Positions 51,724 through 64,000 of a DNA stretch of 64,000 nt are shown here, in pieces (the first letter of the stretch is position 1; each line of letters opens with the position of its first letter). Both the position numbers and the translations under genes were made by a program. The stretch is taken from positions 19,351,590 to 19,415,589 of the forward strand of contig CM119264.1 of the NCBI GenBank assembly GCA_051294375.1, given 5' to 3'. The stretch is from Paraspadella gotoi. Its lineage: Eukaryota > Animalia > Chaetognatha. A model generated the notes under the pieces. It was not told the DNA's origin and ran no database searches. It saw only the letters and a program-made list of their open reading frames with translations.

Positions 51724-51999
51724 CTCTCTTCTCTCTCTTCTCACCGAGAATATCCAAAGGTCAAAACTATTCACATAGATCCTCCTAATTCGACAGCCTT
51801 GATCCTAGATTCATAATCTAATTAGCATATGCGCACAATAAATCCCCAGATTCGTTTCCCTTACATTTTCCCCAAGTATTTCTGCCCGAAATCTTCGCTA
51901 CTTTTATGTCTTTTTCTTTTCGATGATCCATGCTCTCTCTCTTACATATTATTTTTGGTTCTCTTGACTTTTAATTCGTTTTTTAATATTTTTATTGTT

Positions 52000-52120
52000 A
52001 AGGCGGACCAAAATTGATCACTTTTTATCATTAGGAGTTCTGTAATATAAAATTCATTTTTCCATCATATACTTAATCAATATTTACTATCACTTTTTTA
52101 ACTAGTGAAGCACAATATAA
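52000..52120 (+). repeat. Dispersed repeat, second copy at 63898-64000
   Basis: aaggcggaccaaaattgatcactttttatcattaggagttctgtaat...gtgaagcac recurs at the window end. The adjacent 52200-52290 also resembles 18490-18580. Confidence 0.7.
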
Positions 52121-52560
52121 CATTGAAGCTTTTAAATATTTATCAATGTATAGGCAATGAAAACAATTTTTTGTAATAATTTTATTTTTTAAGAACGGAT
52201 TTAGATAGCCCATAAAAAGTTGTCTACACAAAGTATAATGCGTTTTTCAATATTTTGATGATATGTGGGTCAAATAAGGGAAACCCTGAAAAATTTTTCT
52301 AATTTTAATTAGAAAATTTTTTTATTATTTATAGTAATATGATAAACTTTAAATGCTTCTATGTTATTAACTATACATAAAATCTTCAATTTTTTTTAAT
52401 TTCGTTATCCCACAGGCATGCTCTAACGTTATTTATATTACAGAACTCTTAGTTTTTACCTTTTTCCGTTCTCGTATCTTTTTTTCTCATTTCAATCATT
52501 TTCTTGTTACCCTCTTTATATTTTCCCATCCCAGAGCGCTTTCTTCTCTAGTTTTTTGTA

Positions 52561-53099
52561 ATCGGGCATTGCCTAGGTTCACCCCGCGTATAATCATGAC
52601 ACTTTCAAGCCGAGGATCCGTTCCATGGCTGCTAGAGGGGGTTATAGAAGTTACGGATAGTCATCTTCAGCCCACTTAGCGCCTTATCCACACTGTTGAG
52701 CCCATCTTGTCGAGCGTATTCCAACCTTCTGATTGCAGGCCCATGGACGTGCCGAAGATTGCTCACCTCCCCCCACTGGAAGCAATGCAGGGTTGGTTAC
52801 AATCTGGGGGGCATGTAGTCGGGCATTGCCTAGGTTCACCCTATGCTTATGCATGACACTTTCAGTTGTGACCTGGTGGCTCATTAAGTAAATCCATCAG
52901 CTCATGACCACTAGGTACTGGGTTCAATCTCAACCCTGTACCTACCCTGCGGGAAGCGTGAGGATGGCCGTAATCCCCCTTGGGGGTGTGGCAAACCCTC
53001 AAGCCCGGTTCTAAGCCCAGGACCCGTTCCATGGCTGCTAGAAAGGGTTATAGAAGTTACGGATAGTCATCTTCAGCCCACTTAGCGCCTTCTCCACAG
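52561..53099 (+). mobile_element. SINE-like/retroelement-derived GC-richer element with partial tandem duplication
   Basis: cgggcattgcctaggttcacc...catgacactttca recurs at 52563 and 52820; ccgttccatggctgctaga...cagcccacttagcgcctt recurs at ~52618 and ~53023. A tRNA-like A box (ggtggctcattaag) and B box (gggttcaatc) lie at ~52875-52930. Confidence 0.5.
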
Positions 53100-54032
53100 T
53101 TTTATTTTATGTCCAACATTAACCCAAAAAATCATTTTGAGAAACCGAAAAACTTTCTAAATTCTTTGTCCTTCATCTTAGCCCTGGCAAGAGACGATGA
53201 CGCCACCCCCGAACCGACATGCTTCGCTTAATCAAGACGATTGTCATTTATCCCTTGGCGGCTATAATTCAACAGGAGCTGCATTAGGACAAATCGGCGC
53301 CATTTCGAGCTTCATTAATAAATTCAAAATTTTGAAAGGCAAAAGGTTGATTATTTGTTTTGCAACAAACGAGTAATCGTGCGGCGGTGGAGACTTCCGC
53401 CATTAAAAACAAAATTTGAATTTCGATTTTCTTTTCATTAGAGAAAACATTCTGATTAGAAATATTTTATATAATATATATATATTTAAGGAATCAACGA
53501 AAAATTTCGTTTTTACAACAATTTACTCTAAAATGAATAAAAATAAAATAAAATAAAACGAAATTTTTCGTTAATTCCTTTAACTCAAAAAAAACAAAAA
53601 GAGAAAGATAAAATAAATGTCTAACAACATATATATTAATATTTTATATATATAATTACTATTAATATTATGTCGATGTCTCTATAATCAATTCTTTCAA
53701 CTTCATCAACATTTAAATCTTTCACCAAACAATTTGATCAACTTAAACTAATAAAATTTAAAAACACCATAAGATTGTTTGTTTTTTGCAACTCGACGCA
53801 GCACTCGCCATTGAAATCTTTTTAACGAAAGTCATTAAAAAATTTAAAAGTTGGCCACTCAGTTAACTGGCCTGTCAATAAGGGATTAGAAATGACTAAT
53901 TTCAAAAACTTCTATTCGTCTCGATAAAGTTTTCCATGGTTTTCTTTTCTCAAACTCCAATCTGGAGACTCTTTTATGCCACAGCTGTTCGAACCCTTTG
54001 GCTCCGATCCTCTTCACACAACCGCTTCTTTC

Positions 54033-55113
54033 TAGAGTTTCGTTAACCGTTAATTTTTGAGGAACTTCGGTTAACCGTTAAAAACTAACATTTATAACGG
54101 TTAACCGTTAAAATCGGTTAATTTTATAATTTAACTTTAAATTTAAAATATTTGTATTTAAAACAAACTGAAATATTTAATGGCACCATCTCTTTAACTC
54201 TGGCTACTTAATCTTCTTTATCTTCTTTTTAAGATAGATGAGGTAGTCCCTCATTGAGGAACACATTAAAGTTGGTAAATAAAAAAAGGTTTGAGCAAAC
54301 GCTTGAATCTATCTATGATATTGATAATTAAGCTAATCAGCTAATCAGATAAATCTTGAATACAACATTTTTTTTATTTTTCCTCATAGCATAATAAGAA
54401 TATAAAAAAGACAAAGAAAGATAAATAGCAATGTAATTATAATTCTTTATTTTGTTTTTCTCTTTCTCTCTTTCTCTTTTATTTTTCTTTCTCTTTTTCT
54501 CTCTCTTTTTCTTCCTCATTATTTTTCTAGAACTTAGTTTCTTAAGTGCTTAGTTTCTGTTGTTAGTTTTTCAAAAGGAATATAGAAGAAAAAAAGAAAA
54601 GGTAAAAGCAAAGGGAGAAAAAAGGCGAGAAAAGAAATGGAAGAAAGAAGGAGGTGGAAAGAGAGAAAGAAAAAGAAAGGAACAGAAGGAGATAAAGTGA
54701 GGGAAAGAAAAAATAAGAGATATTAAGAAAGAAAAAAGATTAAAAGAGTGAAAAAAAAACAATGAAAAAAAAAAACGGGAAAAATTTTGAGAAGAACATG
54801 AACATGAAACAGACTAAACCGGGGCGCAATTTACTGTGGCCCATGAGGTCATTTCGTTTACGAAAAGTAAGGTTACCGTAAAAAAATCATTTTTAAGAGT
54901 AAGTTAAAAAAAGAGAGAGAGGGGGAAGAATTTAAAGAGAAAGAAAGAAGAGAATAAATGAGTAATGAATTTTTTTTAATTTAAAATATGATATACCAAA
55001 AAATGAACAAATTCATACGTAGTTGAAAATTAACCGAAATCACCGTTAAAAATATTTATCAAGTTAAAATCATTTTAAACCGTTAATAACGGTTAACGGT
55101 TATCCTAACACTA
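54033..55113. mobile_element. Non-autonomous hAT-type element (~1.08 kb)
   Basis: Termini TAGAGTTTCGTTAACCGTTAA and (reverse complement) TAGTGTTAGGATAACCGTTAA. Clustered subterminal AACCGTT/AACGGTT repeats at both ends. Flanking 8-mers cttctttc and cttttttc match 7/8 (TSD). Confidence 0.75.
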
Positions 55114-56042
55114 CTTTTTTCCCCATTTTCAATCTGCTTTTCTTTTTTTAGAGTTAATTATTCAGAGTTAATTATGTCTTCGCCCATTTTTAAATTTTTT
55201 TTTCCATTCTCATCTCCACGCTCGGCAACAACAACGTTAGCAAAAAAGTCAATCGGTTGCCTGAATCGAGCTCCACTTATAACATGCTCTTCACCGAGGC
55301 TGAATTGAATCGGCGAGTTTATATAAATTATTCTAGGTTTTAAGAATACGTTTTACATTAGTAGTCCATTACTCAGTCGCATCTGGACTGAGGGAGAGCG
55401 AGAGGGAAAGAAATATAAACATGTAGTATGTAGTACATGAATGCGTGTTGTTTCTTTATCTTTCTGATGTGTTAAGATTACTTTCCATTAGAACTACGTT
55501 CTAGAAAAATAAATAAAAATATGTCATTTCTATTTCCATTAAATACTGATTTTACACACTCAATTAAAAAAAATAACTTAATCGGGGTGCTATCTTTGTT
55601 GAAAAATCAATTTCACGATAATCGCAATGGTACTGGTGCTGCTTCTCTCTCTCTCAAACAAAAGACAGGCGTTCAAAAATTAAAAAAAATCGTCTTCATG
55701 ATTCAGTTGAAAATATTTCAATATTTTGTAGACAACTACATAAGTACATAAGTACATAAACTACATAAGTAAAACACAAACAGAATTAAGTTTTGTTTAT
55801 TTGAAAAATATCACAAAGGGAGAAACATTTTTATTTTACTCTATAAATAATTAAAACGAAATTAAGAGGAATAAATGCAATATAAATCAAGAGCCGCATT
55901 TACATTATAAAGTATTTTATAAATATCTAAGACGAAGAAGTTCCTAAATCACCCTATAATTTAGTGTTAACTATAACTAACTCATAATTTTTCTAGCATT
56001 TTTATGAAGGTACTTTAAACTAATTAGTCAAAATATATTAAC

Positions 56043-59000
56043 AAATGGCGATCCCGGAGTTGAATACGCTCTGGAGGCAAATGAGAAAACGAAGAGGAAA
56101 AAATAAAATTTGTTTCTTTACGGAAAAGAAAATTTAAGACCGTAACAACAATGATATTAAAAACGTTGATAAGCTTCACCAGCGAAGGATTTCTTTTTAA
56201 TTCTTTAAAAAATGTTTTTTTAAATATTAGTATTTGTAATATTTTTTTTTCATTGATAGATATTTACAAAATTACATAGTTTTTATTTGTGATTACTACG
56301 ATCATTTAATAATTCGAATATGTTTTGTTTCCTGTTTTTTGAACCTTCATCAGCCAGTTTTGATAGTTTTAAACAAATTTGGATACTAACTTTGAGAAAA
56401 AGAGAGAAAGAGAGAATTATTAAATGATTAAATAAAAACTCTGTAACTTTATAAATATTATTATTATATTTTTTTATAAATTTTTTAATATTAAAATATT
56501 ATTTTTTGAAATTTTAAATTATTGTTTACTTAAGCCGAAATTTAATTCTAAATTTAACTCTAATTTACCCCTAACCCAAACTTACCCCTAACCCAAACTT
56601 ACCCCTAACCCTAACCTAACCCTAACTTACCCCTAACCCTAACTTAACCCTAACTTACCCCTAACCTTAACTTACCCCTAACACTAACTTACCCCTACCT
56701 CTAACACACCACTAACTTATTTTTAACCTTAACTTATTTTTCTAACTAACTTACAGTTATTCTTAATTTTTTCTTAACCATAATTTATTGTAACCTTAAT
56801 TTTTACCCAAATATATAACAAAAATAACAAATATTCAAAAAATAAAATATCTAAATTCCTTTATTTTTTTCCCCGAAACGTTATCCTCTTCCATTCCGTT
56901 CTTCTTTTTCCGTTAATTCTTTAAGAAAAACCTTGCTCTTCGTTTTCCATAGGCATCCAGAGCCTATTGATCTCCAGGAAGGCCAAAAAGATTTTATTAA
57001 TGTAGATAAAGATAGCAACCTACCTTTTTTTCGATGGTACCCGCTGGCGCCAAAAAACTGATCTGCCAGGTTCCGTAATCGTCGCCGCCTGGTCCCCGAA
57101 TTTGCATCCCATCCTGGAGATGTTCTTCTGTTCGGACTCCGTCTGACACGACAGTTGGTCCCCTCATATCGCGAGAGGCCGCCATCATCTTTCGTCGGTG
57201 ATTGAAGAGCAACAAGAGAACAGCAAAGGTTACGACGATGACGAATACGGCGACGAGGAGGGCGACGACGATGGGGAAAGTAAAGAGGGGGGAGAGGGGG
57301 GAGTGTCGGGTGTCGAGGAGACCTCGGTGGGGGGTTTTAGAAGATCTGTAAAGGGGGGATCAATAAAAGTTTGCCAGAGTCCTCAGATGACTATCAAACA
57401 GTTGCAGTTGCTGTGCCTTATTTTTGACTTTTTAACTCACCTGCTATCACTATAAGTATCGATTGGCGATAAATCATTGTCGGCCGGTTTTTGAAGATCA
57501 TCTGCAACAGAAACATTTTTTTTGGAGGGAGGGATGTAAAGTATATTGAATCTGATTTTTAATATATTTTGAAAAAAAATTAATTAATTACCTTTTCGTT
57601 CTTTTTTTTTCTTTCTCTATTACGTTTTCTTTTTTCTTTCTTTATATTTTCTTTTTCTTCTTTCTTTCTCTTTCTTTCTTTCTCTTTCTTTTTTCTTCTT
57701 TCTTTCTTTCTTTCTTTCTTTTTTATTCTTTGTTTCTTTGTTTCTTTGTTTATTTGTTTCTTTCTTTCTTTCTTTTCTTTCTTTTTTCTTCTTTCTTTTT
57801 TCTTTCTTTCTTTTTTCTTTTTTCTTTTTCTTTGTTTATTTGTTTCTTTTCTTTCTTTCTTTCTTTCTTTCTTTCTTTTTATCTTTCTATCTTTCTTTTC
57901 TTTTTTCTATCTTTCTATCTTTATATTTTTCTTTCTTTCTCTGATCTCATTTTATCTGGCTTCCTCCTCCGCCAGGGCGCATGACTCACCTTTGACTTGT
58001 TTATGGTCCTTCTGCTCAGTGGCGAAGGGAAGAACGCGAATGAAGGCACTCGAAAGAACTCGCCCTGAAGAGAGAAAGGAAAAAAACGGGTGAGGAAATT
58101 GGGTGAGGAAAACCGATGCTGGAAAAAGTAATGTCGATAAAAGAGAATGCGGTAAAATTTAGAGAGGAAAATAACTACTTAAAAGGATTAGATGAGGACT
58201 TGAGGAGGAAAGGAGAATGGAGGAGGAAAAGAGAAAGAGAAAGGAGGAAATATTGAAGAAAAAAGGAGAAAAATATAAAATGAAGTTGAAAGGGTGGGAA
58301 AAAAAATATTAGGGTAAAAGAAAAAAGGGTAATAAAGTATCAAACATTAAAAGGTCGATGAAATAATATTTAAAAGGAGAAATGCGAATGACGAAGGAGA
58401 GGAAATAAATATTAATACAGTGATTCAAATGCATGATAAAACAAATAATAATAGAAAGAAAAATAAGTAAACCCAAGAAAGGCGAGGATCGAGGTGAAAG
58501 AGAATATAAAAAGAAAGTGAGAAAATTGGCGAAGCCTGACTGAGAAACGGCCGAGCGGAAAAACAATTGGCGAGGAATCGCGGGCGCAAAAGCGAAAAGC
58601 GGAAGAAAAAATGTTTTTCTAAGAGGCGGAAGGGTTTTGGGGAAGGGTTTTCCGTTGAAGCGAGAACTTTTTTTTTGGCGGCGGGTATCTTTTTTTTTTC
58701 GTCCCTACCTCGCCTGTGAATGACTCATTATAAATATAATTTCGTTTCATCGGTATGTAAGAAATATTTTTGAGGAAAGTTTGCACCATGCAGTTTGCAC
58801 TATACAACTTTAAAATGTAAGTTGATAAATATTAATTTAAAGGAAAAGAGCTCCGTCTCACCCCCGAAAGTAAATTCGACTTCGATTCGACGTCTGACGG
58901 ACGGATCGACGTTGGGATCCAGGGAAGCGTGGATGGAGCTGCTGATGGCGCCGCGCTTGGAGCCACGGTTGGCACCTCGAGTGGCGCCGCGGACGACGTC

Positions 59001-61021
59001 GTCTCCGTCTCGCTCGACGTTAACTCCCATCGTGGACGCGAGACGCGAAAAGGAAGTTCGTTTCGGGCGACGCCTGGTTTGTGGGCGACGCCGCGAGGCC
59101 GACGAAAGAGAAGAAAAACTCACAGGCGATGAAAGACACTTGGCGTTCCCGGCGAACCCGTCAGAGTTACCGGCGCCGACGGCGTCGCGATCGTTCGAGG
59201 CGCCGGATGAAGAATCGTCGTGGCCTTGACGACGATAGAGGCTCCGACGAAGATGACGACAATGAAGACGACGACGACGACGACGTAAAAATACTCTGAG
59301 ATGATTGTACTTTTTAGATGGAGAAAAGAGTGAGAAAGATGATGACGATGATGACGAGGACGAAGACAAGGACGACGACGACGATGTTAACGGCGAAAGT
59401 GACGAAGAGGCCGTTGTTGACGACGAAAACGATGACGACGACGATGACGTCAGAGACGGTGGCGTATGAAGAATTTTTTGTGAAACTAAACTGGGCGCAG
59501 CGGGAGAAGTGAAGCGATAAGTTGGGTGCGGGCGTTTGGGGTGAGGCTCGAGTTTGTGGGATGAGCGGGTGGGGGGATCGACTGAAGATTGGGCTTTGAG
59601 CGGCTGCGACGGCGGCCGCGGTCGCGGCCGCGGCTGGGATGTGAGCGACGCGGAGATGGATTGCGTCGTTTGTCCGCGAGAGTTTTCGGGGACGTCGGGC
59701 TTTCGGCGAAGGTCGTCGTCGATGGAGCCTTTTCCCGGAAAAGATAAAGGCGACGACGATGACGACGACGGCGTCGACGATAAAGGCAAAGGCGATTTAC
59801 GTCGCTTCCTGAAGGAGAAAACAAATCTTGAAAAATACGTCGACCAGAACGACGACGAAGACGACGACGACTACGACGACTACGACTAAGCCGATAATGG
59901 CGCTCTCAAGTTGGTCGGGGTTAATAAGGCCAAGGCTAATGGTTGTTTCTGTTTTGACCAGTCGCCTTCTTTCGCAGCGTTGGGCCTCGAGCTTCGTTAA
60001 ATATAAACAGCATCAGAACAACTAAACAAGAATCTGGCCCCGATCTTTTAAAAAGATTTTGTTAGTATTATTTTTATGCTATAATATGCTTTTAATAATT
60101 TTAGATATATTTACCGATGGTTAAAAAATAAAATATTCTCGTCAAATCTCACTATAAAGAGCTAAAAAAAAAACAAAAAACAAACCTTTAATTGGCTACG
60201 ATGTTCGTGTTTATATTGCAAAAACACCATAACGTTTTTGGCGGGGAAATTTCAACGCCTTCGTCCCTCATTCATCATCTACTTCGGCTCATTGTGAATC
60301 ATTAATCACTCGTCGCGTTCTCGTCGTTCACGCATCATTCACACACTTGATTCGTGAATCTTTAATTCCGCTATGTTCGTCAAGAATTCACTTATTATTA
60401 ACAAATAATTCATTCATCAAACGTCAACCATCGTATATCACTAGATTCTTTTATTCATTGAATAAAAAAGTGGCTCTAGATAGTAACCAACATTTTTCTA
60501 AGCCAATGAATTGTCTGAATGGATTCCAACCGAATGGTTTCAATACTTTTTTAGATTATAATTTTTTTAACAAGCCTATTTTATTATTATCTACATCCTC
60601 AATTATCAACTTGAAAACAGGGTTTAGCAGCACATTGTTATTTCAATTTATCTTTCAAAGAAAGAAGGTATATCCCCATGATTGAACCCCCCAATTTTTT
60701 TTTCAAGGGGCCGAATGAAAATATGAATGAATACATTATAATGTTCAATCAATACCTAAATGCGAACAAGTTGCTACCGGGTCACTAAAATTGTTCCGGT
60801 CCCTTTCCCTATTTCTCCCTGACAAAAACCGTTCGGTCATCTTCAGAATCGTTGACTCGTCCCTCTAGAATCGTCCAGGGTATAAATTCTGTTTTCTCCT
60901 TCCTCCTCTCACCTGACCCTTTCGACGTCTTGTCGCTTCGCATTACGATCTTCATCTGTCGACTGAGTTCTCCCCCGATGACCTTTGACCCCGTGTGAGG
61001 ACATCTCGTTCGTCTCGTGGC
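56043..61021 (-). CDS. Spliced gene 2: Ser/Arg-rich single-pass transmembrane protein (5' end not resolved)
   Basis: Phase-consistent exon chain 61021-60913 (ph1/2), 59808-58862 (2/1), 58064-57990 (1/1), 57501-57441 (1/2), 57345-57024 (2/0), 56963-56932 (0/2), 56070-56043, all with pyrimidine-tract AG acceptors and GT donors. TM FPIVVALLVAVFVIVVTFAVLLLLF is followed by NHRRK. No domain family recognised. Confidence 0.6.
56565..56735 (+). repeat. Degenerate interstitial telomere-like (TAACCC)n array with a higher-order CCTAAC-YYAAC-TTACC unit
   Basis: cctaacccaaacttacccctaaccctaacctaaccctaac... decaying rightwards; inside an intron of gene 2. Confidence 0.7.
57024..57345 (-). CDS. Gene 2 transmembrane exon
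   Basis: Acceptor cccctttacag. Encodes SSKTPHRGLLDTRHSPLSPLFTFPIVVALLVAVFVIVVTFAVLLLLFNHRRKMMAASRDMRG...DDYGTWQISFLAPAGTIEKK. Donor AAG|GTAGGT. Confidence 0.75.
57441..57501 (-). CDS. Gene 2 internal exon
   Basis: tctgttgcag acceptor, AG|GTGAGT donor; encodes DDLQKPADNDLSPIDTYSDSR; phases fit both neighbours. Confidence 0.65.
57600..57940 (+). repeat. (TTTC)n-like polypyrimidine tract
   Basis: Long T/C-only low-complexity run in a gene 2 intron. Confidence 0.85.
57990..58064 (-). CDS. Gene 2 internal exon
   Basis: tctctcttcag acceptor, G|GTGAGT donor; encodes GRVLSSAFIRVLPFATEQKDHKQVK. Confidence 0.65.
58862..59808 (-). CDS. Gene 2 large low-complexity exon (Ser/Pro/Arg-rich)
   Basis: Open for 947 nt (ORF 58800..59789) between acceptor ttctccttcag and donor G|GTGAGA. 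It ends RRRIEVEFTFG and joins GRVLSSAFIRV of the next exon. Internal introns cannot be excluded. Confidence 0.55.
60913..61021 (-). CDS. Gene 2 upstream exon
   Basis: ctcttccttcag acceptor, AG|GTGAGA donor; encodes HETNEMSSHGVKGHRGRTQSTDEDRNAKRQDVERVR; its phase-2 end matches the next exon. Confidence 0.55.
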
Positions 61022-63320
61022 CTGAAGGAAGAGAGCGAAGCTTATCAGATCCCATCCAGTTTTATCAAAAAGACATTTTTTCTATACGAAGAAAATTCGA
61101 TTTTTTTAAAACCCAGGTTGTGTTTGGCTTATAAAGATTTCTGTTCGGAAACGATTCTATATATACGTACATATATTTTTCATCTAGTAAAAAATGGCGA
61201 AATATTACTCGAAATTCTTTCATTCATTCGCTTATAACTACTACGTACGTTTATCAGAAACATACAAAAATTCTAACCTAATAGAAAATCCGTTACTATG
61301 GAGAAAAAAACCCGTAAAATTAGCCATTATTAATTTTTAAACTCAGGTTTGACTTGCGAAAAACTCCAAAGAAAAATTAAGAAAGAAAAAAGGTGGAGGG
61401 AAAACTGCGTGAGTTATTCAAAAGTTTGGCTGGAACCTCGAACCAGGAGATTGATGGCGTCTCGTGGCGCGAAACAAACCATCATCACCGGTTGACAGCC
61501 TGTCATCGCAAAAACGCGCGGACGGTGACGCTCTGTCACCGACACCAGTGTTCCTCTCTCGCTCTATCTCTCTTACTCTCTCTCTCTCTNNNNNNNNNNN
61601 NNNNNNNNNNNNNNNNNNNNNNNNNNNNNNNNNNNNNNNNNNNNNNNNNNNNNNNNNNNNNNNNNNNNNNNNNNNNNNNNNNNNNNNNNNNNNNNNNNNN
61701 NNNNNNNNNNNNNNNNNNNNNNNNNNNNNNNNNNNNNNNNNNNNNNNNNNNNNNNNNNNNNNNNNNNNNNNNNNNNNNNNNNNNNNNNNNNNNNNNNNNN
61801 NNNNNNNNNNNNNNNNNNNNNNNNNNNNNNNNNNNNNNNNNNNNNNNNNNNNNNNNNNNNNNNNNNNNNNNNNNNNNNNNNNNNNNNNNNNNNNNNNNNN
61901 NNNNNNNNNNNNNNNNNNNNNNNNNNNNNNNNNNNNNNNNNNNNNNNNNNNNNNNNNNNNNNNNNNNNNNNNNNNNNNNNNNNNNNNNNNNNNNNNNNNN
62001 NNNNNNNNNNNNNNNNNNNNNNNNNNNNNNNNNNNNNNNNNNNNNNNNNNNNNNNNNNNNNNTCTCTCCTTTTTCTGGTAATTTACCTCTCAGTCATTTC
62101 GCTTACACCCCATGGTCCTTGTCAGCTTCTTATCAACGTATTGATACTTATTCATAATTTCATATCAACCTCATCCTCACTTGATTCTTAAACCAACGAA
62201 AGGAAGGTTTCGAGAAAGCATGGGGTAAGGAAATTCGGCGTTATTTTCCCATAACATCCCTTTTCATCCTAAATTTAGAATTAAGATAATTTTTCGTTTT
62301 AAAACATAGGTTAAAGGTTAGAATTGGGGAATAGTTAAAGAATTAGAGTTATATATTAGGAGAGTGATTACAGTTACGTATTAAATTAAGATTAAAAATT
62401 AAGAATAAAAAATCCGGAATTAAAGACAGAAATGGCCACTTTTGGTAAAGAGAGCCAGAAATTCAAATGTCCATTTGACTTTTCTAACCGAAACTCAATA
62501 AATATAACCTCGATAATATTTTTCGTCAAATTCTTTCCTTCATCATCATTTTTTTTCCCGCTCCTCCTCTTACTCCTCCTCTTCCTTTGATCCTCATCCT
62601 TTGCAGAGAAGTCGTNNNNNNNNNNNNNNNNNNNNNNNNNNNNNNNNNNNNNNNNNNNNNNNNNNNNNNNNNNNNNNNNNNNNNNNNNNNNNNNNNNNNN
62701 NNNNNNNNNNNNNNNNNNNNNNNNNNNNNNNNNNNNNNNNNNNNNNNNNNNNNNNNNNNNNNNNNNNNNNNNNNNNNNNNNNNNNNNNNNNNNNNNNNNN
62801 NNNNNNNNNNNNNNNNNNNNNNNNNNNNNNNNNNNNNNNNNNNNNNNNNNNCTCTTTCTATTTTGTTTCTCCCTCTTTTCTTCTTTTTTTTCCCTTCCTT
62901 TCATACTTTTTGTATTTTGTTTCTCCATCTTTTCTTTTTTTTTTACCTCCTTTCATACTCTTTGTATTTTGTTTCTCAATTTTTTCTTCTTTTTTTTCAC
63001 CTCCTTTNNNNNNNNNNTTTGTTTCTCCCTCTTCTCTTCTTATTTTTTCCTACTTTCATACTCTTTCTATTTTGTTTCTCCCTCTTTTCTACTTTTTTTT
63101 CTTCCTTTCGTACACTTTTACTTTTCTGCTTTATACTTTCTTATCATTTCACAAAGGCAATTCCGTTCCAGTTCCACGTTATATGTTTTTCGTGACATCC
63201 CTGAGTCATTTGTTTCACTTTTCATATTTTTCCTCTTTTCTATTTATTTCATTTTCTTATTTCCTTTTTCATCCCCTCCCTCCATCTATCGACTTTCATT
63301 CCTCTTCTTCACTGAAGCAC

Positions 63321-63377
63321 CTGAGAATTCGCCGTTGCTGTCGCCATCCCGCGGACCAGAAGCCAATTTTCGCGGAG
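63321..63377 (-). CDS. Possible further upstream exon of gene 2
   Basis: Good acceptor tatttccttcag but weak donor (G|GTGCTT); encodes PRKLASGPRDGDSNGEFS in phase 1/1. Confidence 0.25.
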
Positions 63378-63897
63378 CTGAAGGAAATAAAAAAAGTAAG
63401 ACGTCGTCTTCGTCATCTTCGTCGTCTTAGTGGTGGTCAACATCTTGGGTGTCATCTTCGTCATAATCTTTAACATCTTAATTATCCTCGTTGTTTTTAC
63501 GGTGCCTATTAAGTGAACGTCGCTGACAGTCTGTTCTCGCGCATTCTTGTTTCTTGATTGAAAACGTTATCGTTATCGTCGTCTTTCTCGTCGTCGCCAT
63601 CGTCGTCCTTCCTCACTTTCGAAATTGTTTTTTTCCATCACTTTCCCGGCGGATCTCGGTCATCTTTCAAATTGCCGTCTGCTCTTTCTTGTCTTCTTAA
63701 AGACGCTTGTCTAAAAAACGCGTTCCTTTGATGGCACGAATTTATCATCCAAATGGCTAAAATGGCTCGAATCAAAACCTGGTCTCGTCATATCTTTTTC
63801 CTATAGGTTGTTAATTTAGCCTTGTCAACCACATTTTTTGTTTTGATAGGGGAATTTTAAGCCTGATACATCGTATCTAATTTTCATAGAAATAGTA

Positions 63898-64000
63898 AGG
63901 CGGGCCAAAATTTATCACTTTTTATCATTAGGAGTTCTGTAATAGAAAATTTATCAGTATATTACTATCACTTTTTTAACGAGTGAAGCACACTATAATA
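63898..64000 (+). repeat. Dispersed repeat, copy of 52000-52120
   Basis: aaggcgggccaaaatttatcactttttatcattaggagttctgtaat...gtgaagcac. Confidence 0.7.

Noticed and set aside
59554-59889. + strand acidic ORF (DDDD-rich)
   Set aside because: It is the antisense shadow of the Ser-rich minus-strand exon; splice support is on the minus strand.
61393-63473. Long ORFs spanning N runs
   Set aside because: They are open only because of assembly gaps.

Overview
This is AT-rich eukaryotic (metazoan, probably invertebrate) draft-assembly DNA with many (GA/TC)n microsatellites. No prokaryotic features, rRNA, tRNA genes or CRISPR arrays were seen, and most entries in the ORF track are microsatellite or antisense noise. 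Two spliced minus-strand genes can be rebuilt by hand with phase-consistent GT-AG introns. Gene 1 encodes a signal peptide, four Ig-like domains and a transmembrane segment (exons 28429-27949, 27192-26972, 4136-3852, 3766-3124, 2887-2670, 575-~388). It has atypical cysteine patterns and a ~100-aa Ser/Pro insert inside one Ig domain. Gene 2 encodes a Ser/Arg-rich single-pass membrane protein (exons from ~61021 down to ~56043). The middle ~43 kb (8.8-51.7 kb) is three large fold-back (inverted) duplications bounded by 25-N gaps and full of indel noise, so much of it is probably long-read gap-filling artefact and/or alternative haplotypes. The most intriguing structure is that one ~1.5 kb segment sits at the centre of two reciprocal fold-backs (A-S-A' and B'-S-B) and is flanked by short inverted repeats. 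That pattern would arise if the segment, which lies just upstream of the Ig gene, exists in both orientations; a fold-back chimera would give the same pattern. Also present: a 2.27 kb TIR transposon with its empty site visible elsewhere in the window, a hAT-type non-autonomous element with an 8-bp TSD, a SINE-like tandem, and interstitial telomere-like repeats.
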